The notes: generated by a model not told the origin, from the letters alone. 64,000 nucleotides of DNA from Longimicrobiales bacterium (GCA_965248195.1 CBDFIQ010000001.1:768001-832000); one strand, 5' to 3'; counted from the stretch's first letter, positions 32,293 through 42,155 are shown. Numbers and translations are program-made.

Positions 32293-33672
32293 ATGGAGTT
32301 CACGGCCGACGAGCTCTGGTCCCGGGTTCTCGAGGCGACCCGCGACAGACTTCAGGGACAGACCTACCGTACGTGGCTCGCCGGCACCACCGCGGTGGGA
32401 GTCACCGATTCGGAGATTCTGGTCGAGGTGCCGAGCCAATTCCATGTCGAATGGATCCTCGATCGGTACGGACCACTCCTGATGGACGTCATTCAGCAGA
32501 TCCTGGGTCGCCCTCTGACCGTTACTTTCCGCTGCGCCGACCCGGCAACGGCGGCGCCGATTCCCACCGTCGAGGTCACGCCGCAAGCACTCGAAACACG
32601 CTCGCCGGCGATGGCGGCGGACCGGACCGGACCTCCCCCGTCCCTGAACGAGCGTTACGCGTTCGAGCGATTCGTTGTAGGAAACAACAATCAACTCGCC
32701 ACGGCGGCGTGCCACGCGGTCGCGGACCATCCGGCGCTCACCTACAACCCGCTCTTCCTCTATGGCGGTGTGGGTCTCGGAAAGACCCACCTCATGCACG
32801 CCATCGGGAACGCGGTGCTTCAGGCCGACCCCACTAGGCGGGTCGCCTACGTCCCCAGCGAGCAGTTCACGAACGACCTCGTCACGGCCATCCAGCGGGG
32901 AACCACCGCCGAGTTCCGCAGATGGTACCGGCAGATGGACCTTCTGCTCGTCGACGACATTCAGTTCCTCAAGGGCAAGGAGCGTACCCAGGAGGAGTTC
33001 TTCCATACCTTCAACGCCCTCCATGACGCCCGGAAGCAGATCGTCCTCACGAGTGATCGGCCGCCGAAGGAGATTCCCGGCCTCGAGGAAAGGCTCATCT
33101 CGAGGTTCGAATGGGGATTGGTCGCAGACATCAAGTCGCCCGACTACGAAACCCGGGTCGCGATCCTGCGGAAGAAGGCCGACGACGACGGACTCATGGT
33201 CTCTCACGACGTCATGGACTTTATCGCACAGTTCTGTACGTCCTCGGTGCGGGAACTCGAAGGCGCGATCATCAAGTTGTTAGCGTATTCGTCCATCACG
33301 AATCAGGAAATCTCCGTAGATCTTGCGCGCAAAGCGCTTCATGGAAGCTTCGGGAGCGCGCCGGGAATCGCCGGTTCCGCGTTAGGTGCCGAGCACATCC
33401 GGAGGGCGGTCGCGACACGCTGGCAGGTCCGCGAAGAGGCGCTCAGCTCAAAGCGGAGGACCAAAGACTTGACGGTCCCTCGCCAGGTCGCCATGTACCT
33501 GATCAGAGATTTATTGGACTACTCTCTGGTACATATCGGTCAGCTGTTTGGAGACCGTGATCACTCGACGGTGATCCACTCGATTCGTAAGGTCGAAGAC
33601 GCGATAAGCGTGGACGCGGAGTTCCGCCAAACGGTCGAGGGGGTACGTGCCGAGATTGGAAGAGGACCCTGA
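32293..33672 (+). CDS. dnaA: Chromosomal replication initiator DnaA
   Basis: YNPLFLYGGVGLGKTHL, QEEFFHTFN, RDHSTVIH; box TTTTCCACA upstream at 32211. Confidence 0.98.
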   Translation: MEFTADELWSRVLEATRDRLQGQTYRTWLAGTTAVGVTDSEILVEVPSQFHVEWILDRYGPLLMDVIQQILGRPLTVTFRCADPATAAPIPTVEVTPQALETRSPAMAADRTGPPPSLNERYAFERFVVGNNNQLATAACHAVADHPALTYNPLFLYGGVGLGKTHLMHAIGNAVLQADPTRRVAYVPSEQFTNDLVTAIQRGTTAEFRRWYRQMDLLLVDDIQFLKGKERTQEEFFHTFNALHDARKQIVLTSDRPPKEIPGLEERLISRFEWGLVADIKSPDYETRVAILRKKADDDGLMVSHDVMDFIAQFCTSSVRELEGAIIKLLAYSSITNQEISVDLARKALHGSFGSAPGIAGSALGAEHIRRAVATRWQVREEALSSKRRTKDLTVPRQVAMYLIRDLLDYSLVHIGQLFGDRDHSTVIHSIRKVEDAISVDAEFRQTVEGVRAEIGRGP

Positions 33673-33923
33673 ATAGGGTATGTGGAAAGAGCGTGCATAA
33701 CCCGCGGAGTTTTTACCTCTTTTCCACATCCTTAAGTGGAAATCTCTGTATTCCCGGTTTTCCACAAATGGAAAAAAGATCAAAGTCCGTTATGGCCATT
33801 GGTGAACATCGATTTCTCAACATTTTTACACTCTCTACTACTACTAAGATTTTTATATAGGGTACTGTCTTTATATCTAGACACTGTTTATAACCGGGCG
33901 TGTACGGACGCCTTGGAGGCTCG
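33673..33923. other. oriC: DnaA boxes, DnaA-trio repeat and AT-rich unwinding element
   Basis: TGTGGAAAG 33681, TTTTCCACA 33720 and 33758, (CTA)4 at 33835-33846, then ATTTTTATATAG; lies between dnaA and dnaN. Confidence 0.88.
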
Positions 33924-35039
33924 ATGAATTGTTTGATCACTCGGCAGAACCTGCATACAGGCCTCGCTGCCGTTTCCGCGAGCATCCCCACGAAGACGAC
34001 GCTTCCTGTTCTCTCGAATATCCTTTTCGAGGCGGGACAGGACGGGATCTCGATGAGTGGTACCGACCTGGATGTAGCGGTTCGTGTGTGGGTTCCTGCC
34101 GAGGTGAAGGAGCAAGGAAGTATTACCGCTCCTGGAAAGAAGCTCCAGGAAATCGTGAGGGAATTAGCGGAGCAACCGGTGGAGTTGAGTACTCGGGGTG
34201 AACAGATCGAGTTGAGGTGCGGCAAGAGCCATTTTAAACTCAATGGTCTTCCCAGTGATTCGTTTCCCACTCTACCAGAGGTGGACTTCGAGCAGGGTTG
34301 GAGCGTAAAGGGTGGAGACCTCCATGGCTTGATCAAGCACACCGCATTTGCTGTTTCCTCTGAGGAGAGCCGGCCGATCCTCAACGGTGTGTTGTGGGAG
34401 TTGAGGGACGGGCGTATGCGAATGGTTGCGACCAACGGGCACCGTCTCGCGAGGAAAGGTGTGGCCGCGGGCTCTTCCAGCGCTCCCAGCGAAGATTTTA
34501 TCGTCCCCCCCATCGCGCTCCAGCAGGTTCAGCGTCTCTTCGAGAGCAAGGAGACCCTCGAGGTCGCCAAGAGTGACAATCATCTTGGATTCAGGGCAGA
34601 TGGTACCGAGGTCTATACGAGGCTCATCGAAGGCACCTATCCCAACTACGAACAAGTGATTCCGAAGGACAACGATAAATTTGCGATCGTCGCCAAGGAT
34701 ACGTTGGCCTCGGCGGTCCGTCGCATGGCGGTGGTCGCGAGTGACCAAACGCACCGGATCCGCATGGCTTTCGAGTCGGATCGAGTCCATCTGACCGTTC
34801 TCACACCCGACCTCGGCGAGGGCGAGGACGAGTTGGAGTTGACGTACGAAGGCGAGGGAATCGAGATCGGCTTCAACGCGGCATATTTGCTCGAGGTGCT
34901 GAAGTACATGTCCACCGACGAGGTGAAGATCACGTTGAAGGCTCCTGAGCGGGCCGCAACCATCGAGCCGGTCCCAGCCGAGGGCGAAGAGGCGGAGGAC
35001 TACCTTTGCCTGGTGATGCCGCTGCGGTTGCTCGACTGA
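33924..35039 (+). CDS. dnaN: DNA polymerase III beta sliding clamp
   Basis: TLPVLSNI, GTDLD, VATNGHRL, IGFNAAYL, LVMPLRL. Confidence 0.97.
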   Translation: MNCLITRQNLHTGLAAVSASIPTKTTLPVLSNILFEAGQDGISMSGTDLDVAVRVWVPAEVKEQGSITAPGKKLQEIVRELAEQPVELSTRGEQIELRCGKSHFKLNGLPSDSFPTLPEVDFEQGWSVKGGDLHGLIKHTAFAVSSEESRPILNGVLWELRDGRMRMVATNGHRLARKGVAAGSSSAPSEDFIVPPIALQQVQRLFESKETLEVAKSDNHLGFRADGTEVYTRLIEGTYPNYEQVIPKDNDKFAIVAKDTLASAVRRMAVVASDQTHRIRMAFESDRVHLTVLTPDLGEGEDELELTYEGEGIEIGFNAAYLLEVLKYMSTDEVKITLKAPERAATIEPVPAEGEEAEDYLCLVMPLRLLD

Positions 35040-35130
35040 GTTCCCACCCGTCGGTTGGCAGGCGGTAATATCCACCGTATTCTTTACGGCCTGTTTCCGG
35101 AAAACTCCCTTTTGAACTGGTGACGAAAAA

Positions 35131-36375
35131 ATGAGCCGATCCCAGAGTTGGATTCGCGCGGTCTTGGTAACATCGATGGTGGTCCTCGCTACGTCGGCTT
35201 GCGGGATGGACGACGCCGGCATTGGCGAGGCCGGGATGGGCGACGCCGGGATGGCGTCTGCCATGGCCAGAGTGCCGGCGGACGCGTCGGGACCCGGGGT
35301 ACCGGAAGGCGTGGCGCAATTTGCCGTCGACCCGTTCTGGCCCAAGCCCCTCCCCAACAACTGGATCATGGGGCAGATCGCCGGCACCTCAGTCGACAGC
35401 GACGACAACCTCTGGATCATCCATAGGCCGTTCACCGTGCAGGGTACGAACGCCGGCTCGACCCCGTCGCAGACCACGCGGGACCAGTCGTGGGGCCACG
35501 CCACGCTTCAATCGCTCTGCTGCACCACGGCGCCGCCCGTGCTGGCGTTCAACCCGGAAGGGGAGGTGATCCAAGCCTGGGGCGGCGATAGTCCCACCGG
35601 GGAATACCAGTGGTTCAACAGCGAGCACGGAATCCACGTGGACTACCAGGGTTTCGTGTGGGTCGCCGGGAACGGCGGCGACGACCATCACCTGATGAAG
35701 TTCACGCAGGACGGCGAGCTCGTGTTCAAGATCGGGGACGTCGGTGTGAGCCAGGGCAGCAACGACACGAACTCCGTCAACCGAGCCGCTACGATGGAAG
35801 TGGACCCCACGACCGACGAGCTCTATGTGGCGGATGGGTACGGCAATCGGAGGTTGATCGTCTTCGATGCCCAGACCGGCGAGTACCTGCGACACTGGGG
35901 AGCCTATGGTGAGCCTCCGGTCGATGAGAATCCGGGCCCATGGGACCCGGACGCTCCGGCGAGCCGGACGTGGCGTACACCAGTCCACGGACTGGCCATC
36001 TCCAATGACGGGCGAGTCTACGTGAGCGACCGTCCCAGCAACCGGTTTCAGGTCTTTGAGAAGGACGGGACCTACATCATGGAAAATGTTCTCGCTCCGC
36101 AGACGTACGGGCCCGGATCGACGTGGGGCGCCGAGTTCGACCCGCTCGACACCGAGCAACGGTTCCTTTACGTGCCCGACGGCACCAACAACGTGGTGTG
36201 GACGCTGGATAGGGAAACGCTCGAGCCCGTCTACTCCTGGGGCACAGGCGGGAAGCAGCCGGGCAACTTCGACTGGCTCCACTACATGGATTTCGATTCG
36301 CAGGGGAATCTCTACACCGGCGAGGTGCAGACCGGGCACCGGGTCCAGAAATTCGTGCGCCTGAACGGCAATTAG
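35131..36375 (+). CDS. NHL-repeat beta-propeller lipoprotein
   Basis: Lipobox TSAC, VDPFWPKPLP, LYVADGYGNRR, YVSDR. Confidence 0.85.
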   Translation: MSRSQSWIRAVLVTSMVVLATSACGMDDAGIGEAGMGDAGMASAMARVPADASGPGVPEGVAQFAVDPFWPKPLPNNWIMGQIAGTSVDSDDNLWIIHRPFTVQGTNAGSTPSQTTRDQSWGHATLQSLCCTTAPPVLAFNPEGEVIQAWGGDSPTGEYQWFNSEHGIHVDYQGFVWVAGNGGDDHHLMKFTQDGELVFKIGDVGVSQGSNDTNSVNRAATMEVDPTTDELYVADGYGNRRLIVFDAQTGEYLRHWGAYGEPPVDENPGPWDPDAPASRTWRTPVHGLAISNDGRVYVSDRPSNRFQVFEKDGTYIMENVLAPQTYGPGSTWGAEFDPLDTEQRFLYVPDGTNNVVWTLDRETLEPVYSWGTGGKQPGNFDWLHYMDFDSQGNLYTGEVQTGHRVQKFVRLNGN

Positions 36376-36434
36376 GCGCCGAGCAGCTAACAGGAGCCAA
36401 ACTGCTAACGGGAGCCGCTAACAGGAGCCGAGTA

Positions 36435-37253
36435 ATGGAGATCGGCAAAGGGAAACCGCTTTCAAGACGGACCGCTCTGGGTGGCATGGGCGCCGCTATG
36501 GCGTTGCCGCTGGTCCGTCCCACGCTTTCCCCCTCCGCTAGGCCAGTCGAGGGGAAGGTCGCCCTGGTGACGGGCTCCGGCCGGAATCTTGGCCGTGCGG
36601 CGGCACTCGAGCTGGCGAGGCGTGGTGCGGACGTCGTGGTCAACGCACGGTCCAATAGGGCGGAGGCCGAGGCCGTTGCACGTGAGGCCGAATCTCTCGG
36701 CGTAAGGGCGATCGCGCTTCTAGCCGACGTGGGTGATGAGCAACAAGTGAATCAGATGGTGGCCGAGGCGCTGGAGCGCCTCGGCCGCATCGACATTCTG
36801 ATCAACAACGCCGGCTTCCGGGCGTCGAGCCCTCTCACGGAGATGAGCACGGACGAGTGGCGGGCAGCTGCCGCCGTCAACTTCGACGGTCCCTTCTTCT
36901 GCACCCGGGCCGTCGTTCCCGGCATGATCTCCAACGGCTACGGGCGCATCATCACGGTGTCGGGCCTCAATGCCTTCCACGGAAGACCCAACTGGTCGCA
37001 CATATGCGGTTCGAAGATGGGAGCCATAGGCATGACCCGGGCGCTCGCGATAGAGCTGGGACGCTACAACATTCTCGTGAACCACGTCGTCCCCGGAGCC
37101 TACAACGCGCACCCGAACCTGGACCGGATCCCCCTCGGGCGTCTGGGACTCGCGCAGGAGCTAGCCAACACTTACGCATTCCTGGCGTCCGAAGATGCGA
37201 GCTACATCACAGGTCAGACGTTCCACGTCAACGGCGGGGAGAACCGGTACTAG
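36435..37253 (+). CDS. SDR-family oxidoreductase with a twin-arginine-like leader
   Basis: LSRRTAL leader, TGSGRNLG, INNAG, ASYITGQ. Confidence 0.9.
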   Translation: MEIGKGKPLSRRTALGGMGAAMALPLVRPTLSPSARPVEGKVALVTGSGRNLGRAAALELARRGADVVVNARSNRAEAEAVAREAESLGVRAIALLADVGDEQQVNQMVAEALERLGRIDILINNAGFRASSPLTEMSTDEWRAAAAVNFDGPFFCTRAVVPGMISNGYGRIITVSGLNAFHGRPNWSHICGSKMGAIGMTRALAIELGRYNILVNHVVPGAYNAHPNLDRIPLGRLGLAQELANTYAFLASEDASYITGQTFHVNGGENRY

Positions 37254-37280
37254 GGTCGAGTGAGGCCCTGGCGAGTAGCC

Positions 37281-37730
37281 CTACCGAGGAAGAAGCCCCG
37301 ACAGTCCGAACGTCAGCCCGAAATCCAAGGCCTGGCCCGTGACTCCCACCGCCGCCGCCGCGTCCAACTGCCATTGCGGGTTCAGCAGAAACGTGCCTCC
37401 GAAGTCGACGTAACCGACGTTGCCGCCGTGCCGGTCCCCCGCGATCTGTTCGAAGGCGATTTCAACGAAGGCGCGAAGCGAGTCGCTTAGCCCCTTCCCA
37501 ACCACGGCACCGAAAATGCCCGAGGTGAAGCGCTCACCGTCGTCTCGATCGTAGAGGATTCCAGGCATGACTCCGATCCCCCAATCGCCCAGGGCCCATT
37601 CCGCCACGACCCGTAACGAGGGCCGCGTCCCGCTGCCCCGGAAGGCGTCAGACCCCGTGGGGAGGTCGGCGTGAACCAGGGCGGCCATGGCCGGCGCGTT
37701 GCCCGTCTCGGGAGCGAAGAACGTCCACTT
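37281..37730 (-). pseudogene. 3' part of an outer-membrane 'transporter' (MetA-pathway/phenol-degradation-like beta barrel), truncated at the 5' end
   Basis: Frame reads KWTFFAPETGNAPAMAALVHADLPTGS...WQLDAAAAVG...GLS; abrupt TAG and an AT-rich shift at 37731; no signal peptide. Confidence 0.7.
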
Positions 37731-37794
37731 CTACTATAATCTAGCAAATACAACACTCTGTGGCCTGGCTTATGGCAAACCGTTGTTTTCGCTG

Positions 37795-39045
37795 TCACCC
37801 CTGAATCCTCCTTTCGATGTACTGAACGGCGGCCCGGTAGGTGTCAGGAATAAGGTGGGCGTAGGTCTCCTCGACGACCTTGGTCGTGTCACCTAGCAGG
37901 GTGGCGATCACATTGAGCGGAACGCCGTCCTGTGCCAGCCACGAGGCGTAAGTGTGACGACCCGAATGCAGCGTGAGCCCGTCGCCCTCCCTTCCGTACT
38001 TGATCCCGGCCAGCTCGAAGGCGTCCTGGGCCCAGCGAGCCGAGGTGCCGGCCGTCACAGGCTGGTCCCCGCGATGAGGGCTCACAATCAAGTACCGCTC
38101 CCCGGCATAGCCTCTGCGGAGGTGGTCTTCGATGATCGTGACGAGGCTCTCGGTGATTGGAACGTCCCTTTCACCGCGCCGCGTCTTCGGCCTCCAGGGA
38201 TAGGCATCCTTTCGGGACTGGACGCGGATGAGCGGTTCGGGGCTCTCCAGGAGCACATCCACGTCGGTGCGCAGATGTAGGATCTCGCCTTGGCGCAGTC
38301 CGGCGAGGAACGCAATCACGATCATCGCCCGGCTGGGGATCCCAAGCATACCGCGGTCCAGGTCCACCCACTCCGGTGGAGTCAGGAACACAGCCCGTGT
38401 GGGCCGGATCTCGGGCATCTCGACGCCCTTCCAGGGGTTGCTACGGATCGCAGGCTGTACGTTGCGGCGAGCGAGCAAGTCGGCCTCCTCGTCCATGACC
38501 ATGCTCCAGAGTGCCCCGCACACGACCTGGCAAGCCCCTTGGCTGGCAGGTGCCCACGGACGCCCCGCTGTGCTGGCTTTCGGGCCGTGCAGGTACGCGC
38601 GCGCCTCGTCGACCGTCAGCTCTTCCATAGGGAAGTCCGAGCCGACGTCTCTCTCAAGGTGCCCGAGAACCGTACGATACTTCTTGATGGTGGACCGACT
38701 GCGTGTCGCCTCTTTGAGCCTCAGGAACCTCTCGACGGCCGGCCCGAGCCGTGGCGAGTCGGAGCCCATGCGCCGCAGCTTGGTGGCGTCGCCGTTACGT
38801 AGCGCGGCCTGAGCGTCGGTGATGTGCATGTCGCCACGGCGGATCGCCTCGAGCACGTTCCAGTCGCCACGATCCATGAGCTGAGTCAGGACGGTATGGC
38901 GCTCGGTGGCCACATCCTGATCGCCGGTCCTGAGCGAGATCGCCAGGCGGCCGCCCTTGAACCGCGAGTGCCTACGGTCGAAGTAGGCGCGGCCAGCTCG
39001 CCATACGAGGCCCTTGGGGGCACGTGAGCGCTTTCTAGGGCCCAC
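37795..39045 (-). CDS. Phage tyrosine integrase
   Basis: GLRQGE, PKT, HSGRHTYASW, LLGD, TYAH catalytic motifs; start uncertain. Confidence 0.93.
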   Translation of the reverse strand: MGPRKRSRAPKGLVWRAGRAYFDRRHSRFKGGRLAISLRTGDQDVATERHTVLTQLMDRGDWNVLEAIRRGDMHITDAQAALRNGDATKLRRMGSDSPRLGPAVERFLRLKEATRSRSTIKKYRTVLGHLERDVGSDFPMEELTVDEARAYLHGPKASTAGRPWAPASQGACQVVCGALWSMVMDEEADLLARRNVQPAIRSNPWKGVEMPEIRPTRAVFLTPPEWVDLDRGMLGIPSRAMIVIAFLAGLRQGEILHLRTDVDVLLESPEPLIRVQSRKDAYPWRPKTRRGERDVPITESLVTIIEDHLRRGYAGERYLIVSPHRGDQPVTAGTSARWAQDAFELAGIKYGREGDGLTLHSGRHTYASWLAQDGVPLNVIATLLGDTTKVVEETYAHLIPDTYRAAVQYIERRIQG

Positions 39046-39277
39046 TGCCCACGAGCTCCTCACACTCTTGGACGAAGCGATCGACAGCCTTCGGCGAGAT
39101 TCGGTAGTGCGCCTTGCCAGAGCGCGACACGTTTAGGACCCCGGGGGGCTTCAGGTGGCCTTCGTGGATCATCTTGAGTACGAAACCGGCGGACATCCCG
39201 CCGATGCGCTCGCCCGCCTGTTCCGTGCTGAGCCAGTTGTACTCCGCATCGTACTGCTCCAGGGTCTTCGTTCTCAT
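39035..39277 (-). CDS. Excisionase-like HTH DNA-binding protein
   Basis: WLSTEQAGERIG...YRIS...VDRF; overlaps the integrase start. Confidence 0.75.
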   Translation of the reverse strand: MRTKTLEQYDAEYNWLSTEQAGERIGGMSAGFVLKMIHEGHLKPPGVLNVSRSGKAHYRISPKAVDRFVQECEELVGSGP

Positions 39278-40227
39278 CTCACCACGCCCCTTACGGCTTC
39301 AGTAGCCCAGGGAGCCGGGCGCACGATCCGCTCCTCCGCGCCCAGCTCCATCATCCGCCGGAACAGAAGGACCGCGCTGTCTTGCAACGCGAGCTTGGTG
39401 CGCTCCAGCATGTCCCTGGCAGCGTCCCAGGCAGAGTCCCTGGCAGCGGTCCAGGCAGCGTCCCAGGCAGCGTCCCAGGCACCGGCAGCGTCCCAGGCAC
39501 CGGCCCTGGCAGCGCCCCAGGCAGCGCCCACGGCAGCGGCCCTGGCAGCGTCCCCGGCAGCGGCCCTGGCAGCGGCAGCGTCCCAGGCAGCGGCCCTGGC
39601 AGCGCCCCAGGCAGCGCCCACGGCAGCGGCCCTGGCAGCGTCCCAGGCAGCGGCCCTGGCAGCGGCCCAGGCAGCGGCCCCGGCAGAGTCCCTGGCAGCG
39701 GTCCAGGCAGCGGCCCAGGCACCGGCAGCGTCCCCGGCAGCGGCCCTGGCAGCGTCCCCGGCAGCGGCCGCCGACTTGCGGGCGGTATCCAACACCTCCT
39801 GCGCACCCCAGAGCGTAGCGGCGTCCGCGATCTCGGGGAGCGCCTGCAGGCCGTCGGCCTCCGTGTCCAGCCGAGCCAGCCGCAGCCATGCAGGCGTATA
39901 GGTACGGACGATCCAATCCATCGCCATGAAGCCGCGAGCCTCGGCGTGGCCATCGCTCGCCGTGCCGACGAGCGCCGGAATGAGTGGCTTCAGCCGTTGC
40001 CGCCGCTCGACGTCCAGACGGTCGTTGAGGCCGCGCCCGAACGCACCGAGCACCGGGCATACGCAATTCGGTCCATCGCTGTGCGGCTCGCGCGCCAGCC
40101 ATGCGACGGCCTCCATGAGGCACACCCCTTCGTCCGGGCTCTGGTGCGATCCATTTTCCAGCCTCAAGCGCCCGAAGTCTTCCGCGCTCCGCCAGAACCA
40201 CGGTTCGTTACGTGTCTCTCTCATCAT
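39274..40227 (-). CDS. Phage protein with Ala-Trp-Asp tetrapeptide repeat tract
   Basis: N-terminal GSH...CLMEAVAW...HSD..CVCP domain followed by (AAWD/AARA/AAGD)n. Confidence 0.8.
   Translation of the reverse strand: MMRETRNEPWFWRSAEDFGRLRLENGSHQSPDEGVCLMEAVAWLAREPHSDGPNCVCPVLGAFGRGLNDRLDVERRQRLKPLIPALVGTASDGHAEARGFMAMDWIVRTYTPAWLRLARLDTEADGLQALPEIADAATLWGAQEVLDTARKSAAAAGDAARAAAGDAAGAWAAAWTAARDSAGAAAWAAARAAAWDAARAAAVGAAWGAARAAAWDAAAARAAAGDAARAAAVGAAWGAARAGAWDAAGAWDAAWDAAWTAARDSAWDAARDMLERTKLALQDSAVLLFRRMMELGAEERIVRPAPWATEAVRGVVR
39410..39770. repeat. Degenerate 12-bp tandem repeat (GGCAGCGTCCCA-like)
   Basis: Visible array encoding the Ala-rich tract. Confidence 0.9.
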
Positions 40228-40467
40228 TACACTCCTTTGTGTACAGTTCGCCCCCACCCGCGAGCCCGAGCCCATTCATGGGTCTATGTTCTCCGCCACG
40301 GCCCTAGAGCCGCCCACGCCGCGTCGACGGCGTGGCGGTGAGCACCCGGTCCGGGTTGTCGGCACTGAACGCCTCACGCATCTCGCCGACGGTCAACTCG
40401 CCGGATCCGACTGTGACGGCCACGTGGGTGTCGTCGGGGAGACCGGACAGCATCTCGGCGATCGTCA

Positions 40468-40974
40468 TCAGAACTCCAAGCCCACCAACGTGGGCGCGTG
40501 AACCTTCCACCCCCAGATCGCTGTCCACGCGGCGTCGACCGCGTGGCTGCCGATACCGTCCGGCCACAATCGATCCAGGTTCTCCGTCCACCAGCTATGC
40601 AGTGCCGCCTTCATTTCCCATTTCTCGCAGCGGCCGCGGTCGGTTGCGAACTTCTTGAGCGTGCTCACGTTGACGCCGGCGTACTCAAGCCCGAGCTGCT
40701 CGCATCGCATCTGCACGATCGCGCCCATCCGGACCTGTACGAGTGAGCCTCGCATCTTCGGAACAACGAAGCGGACGTCCTCGAACGTGACCAGGTCGGG
40801 GCGATCGGCGAGCACTTCATCCAAGCGATTCTGGAGGCGCTTGAACATGGCGCCCTCCGTATCGCCCGTGCCCTTACGGGCCTCGAACGTGCCCCACTCG
40901 ACGGCCTCGAGCAGATCGGTGTCGAGCTTGAAGAACCCCCCGACCTGGCCCAGATCGATTCCGGTGATTCGCAA
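40468..40974 (-). CDS. RuvC-like Holliday junction resolvase (phage type)
   Basis: ITGIDLG, VTFED, STLKKFAT..G...K..M, VDAAW. Confidence 0.82.
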   Translation of the reverse strand: MRITGIDLGQVGGFFKLDTDLLEAVEWGTFEARKGTGDTEGAMFKRLQNRLDEVLADRPDLVTFEDVRFVVPKMRGSLVQVRMGAIVQMRCEQLGLEYAGVNVSTLKKFATDRGRCEKWEMKAALHSWWTENLDRLWPDGIGSHAVDAAWTAIWGWKVHAPTLVGLEF

Positions 40975-40977
40975 GGC

Positions 40978-41802
40978 TCAGTCCGCCTCGTTCTCGAAGA
41001 TGTCAGCGAACGGCAGTTCGCGTTGCTGTGCCGACACGACCGCGGTCGCGAGACGGTGATCCTCAGGCGACGTACCGGTTCCGAAGAGCTCGAGCTCGTC
41101 GTAGAAGCCCTCGAAGTGGTTCGGGATCACGGTGCCGTTCTCGTCGAGGCAGCGGAGCGCCTTATAAATCGCGCGCACCTTCTGCCGGGTGTTCAGCGTC
41201 CGGAAGATCTGGAAGTTGACGATCACCGCCGCGTTGGATCCGCCGGAGTGATACGTGAGCAGCGCGCCGTAAGACTTGCCGAGGGCGTGCACGGCCGCGC
41301 CACGCTTGGTCCACGTCTTCTTGTTGCGCCACAGGAACCCGACCTTGCGCCCGCTGATCTCGATGTTCGGGCAACCGCGGCAGAGTAGCAGCCCTATGCG
41401 CTCGACGATCGGGGCGTGCCGGTACTCCTCGCTGGCCTCACCCGGCCACTGCGCCGGGATCGTGAGCTCGGGCAAGACATCGACGACCGCGATCAGGGCA
41501 TCGATCACCGCCTCCGGCTTCATGTCGTGGACGTCGCTGTCGAGCTTCTTGAACACCTGCTCGGCATTGCTCAGGTCCTTCTTCGACACGTCGGGCCGCG
41601 TCCAGATCGGAGGCGGCTTGTCGTCCGGTCGCTCCTGCGTGGCGACGCCCTGCTCTCCGGGCTTGGACGTCACCGCAGCGTCGCCGTTCGGCTCGGCCTT
41701 GCCGTGGGGCTTGGCCTTCTTCCCCTTCTGCAGGCTCTTGAACTCGGCAAAGGCTTGGGGGGCCTCCTCCTTGGCCGCTCCCTTCAGTGTTTGTTGTTCC
41801 AT
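40978..41802 (-). CDS. Phage-metallopeptidase-like protein lacking HExxH
   Basis: VGFLWRNK...VIVNF..F..L...QK..AIYKALRC...HFEGFYDELELFG resembles the family scaffold. Confidence 0.55.
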   Translation of the reverse strand: MEQQTLKGAAKEEAPQAFAEFKSLQKGKKAKPHGKAEPNGDAAVTSKPGEQGVATQERPDDKPPPIWTRPDVSKKDLSNAEQVFKKLDSDVHDMKPEAVIDALIAVVDVLPELTIPAQWPGEASEEYRHAPIVERIGLLLCRGCPNIEISGRKVGFLWRNKKTWTKRGAAVHALGKSYGALLTYHSGGSNAAVIVNFQIFRTLNTRQKVRAIYKALRCLDENGTVIPNHFEGFYDELELFGTGTSPEDHRLATAVVSAQQRELPFADIFENEAD

Positions 41803-41836
41803 GGACCTGCACTCCTTGGGGTTGTGGTCGTGGTCT

Positions 41837-42118
41837 TCAAGCCGACTCCGCCTTGCGCGCAGCCAAATCCAGCACGCCCTCGTCGTCGTCATCCCCTTCG
41901 ACAATGGGGTCGTCCGTGTGCTGCTCGATCATCTTCCGGACTGCTCCCCAACGCAGGTTCGGACGCTCTATTTCGTCGCCGTTACTGTCGTCGGCGGGCC
42001 ACGCGATGACCTCCACCCGGAACGTGTAGTCGCCGGACTTTAGGATCATCGGGCCCTCGCCGGCATCGACGCCGGTAATCAAGAAATTGCTCGCGTCGCA
42101 ACGTTTTTCAGAGGCCAT
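41837..42118 (-). CDS. Hypothetical phage protein
   Basis: AAGGAG ribosome-binding site; sits in the leftward operon. Confidence 0.6.
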   Translation of the reverse strand: MASEKRCDASNFLITGVDAGEGPMILKSGDYTFRVEVIAWPADDSNGDEIERPNLRWGAVRKMIEQHTDDPIVEGDDDDEGVLDLAARKAESA

Positions 42119-42155
42119 CGTCTGGGTCTCCTTCTTCGTGGGTTCGGCGTGCGCG

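Noticed and set aside
32278..33207. Long antisense ORFs over dnaA, and similar ones over pdhC, the M14 peptidase and the tape measure
   Set aside because: Expected high-GC shadow ORFs opposite well-supported genes
37725..37760. dif/Xer site at the prophage boundary
   Set aside because: No convincing XerD arm (TTATGTTAAAT-like), and the location is next to oriC
37880..37900. Integrase LLGD in place of LLGH taken as inactivation
   Set aside because: This position varies among tyrosine recombinases; R, K, HxxR and Y are intact
39299..40341. Alternative-frame ORFs with GRC, PGS and PLPG repeats
   Set aside because: Shadows of the 12-bp repeat; only the Ala-rich frame has a credible N-terminal domain
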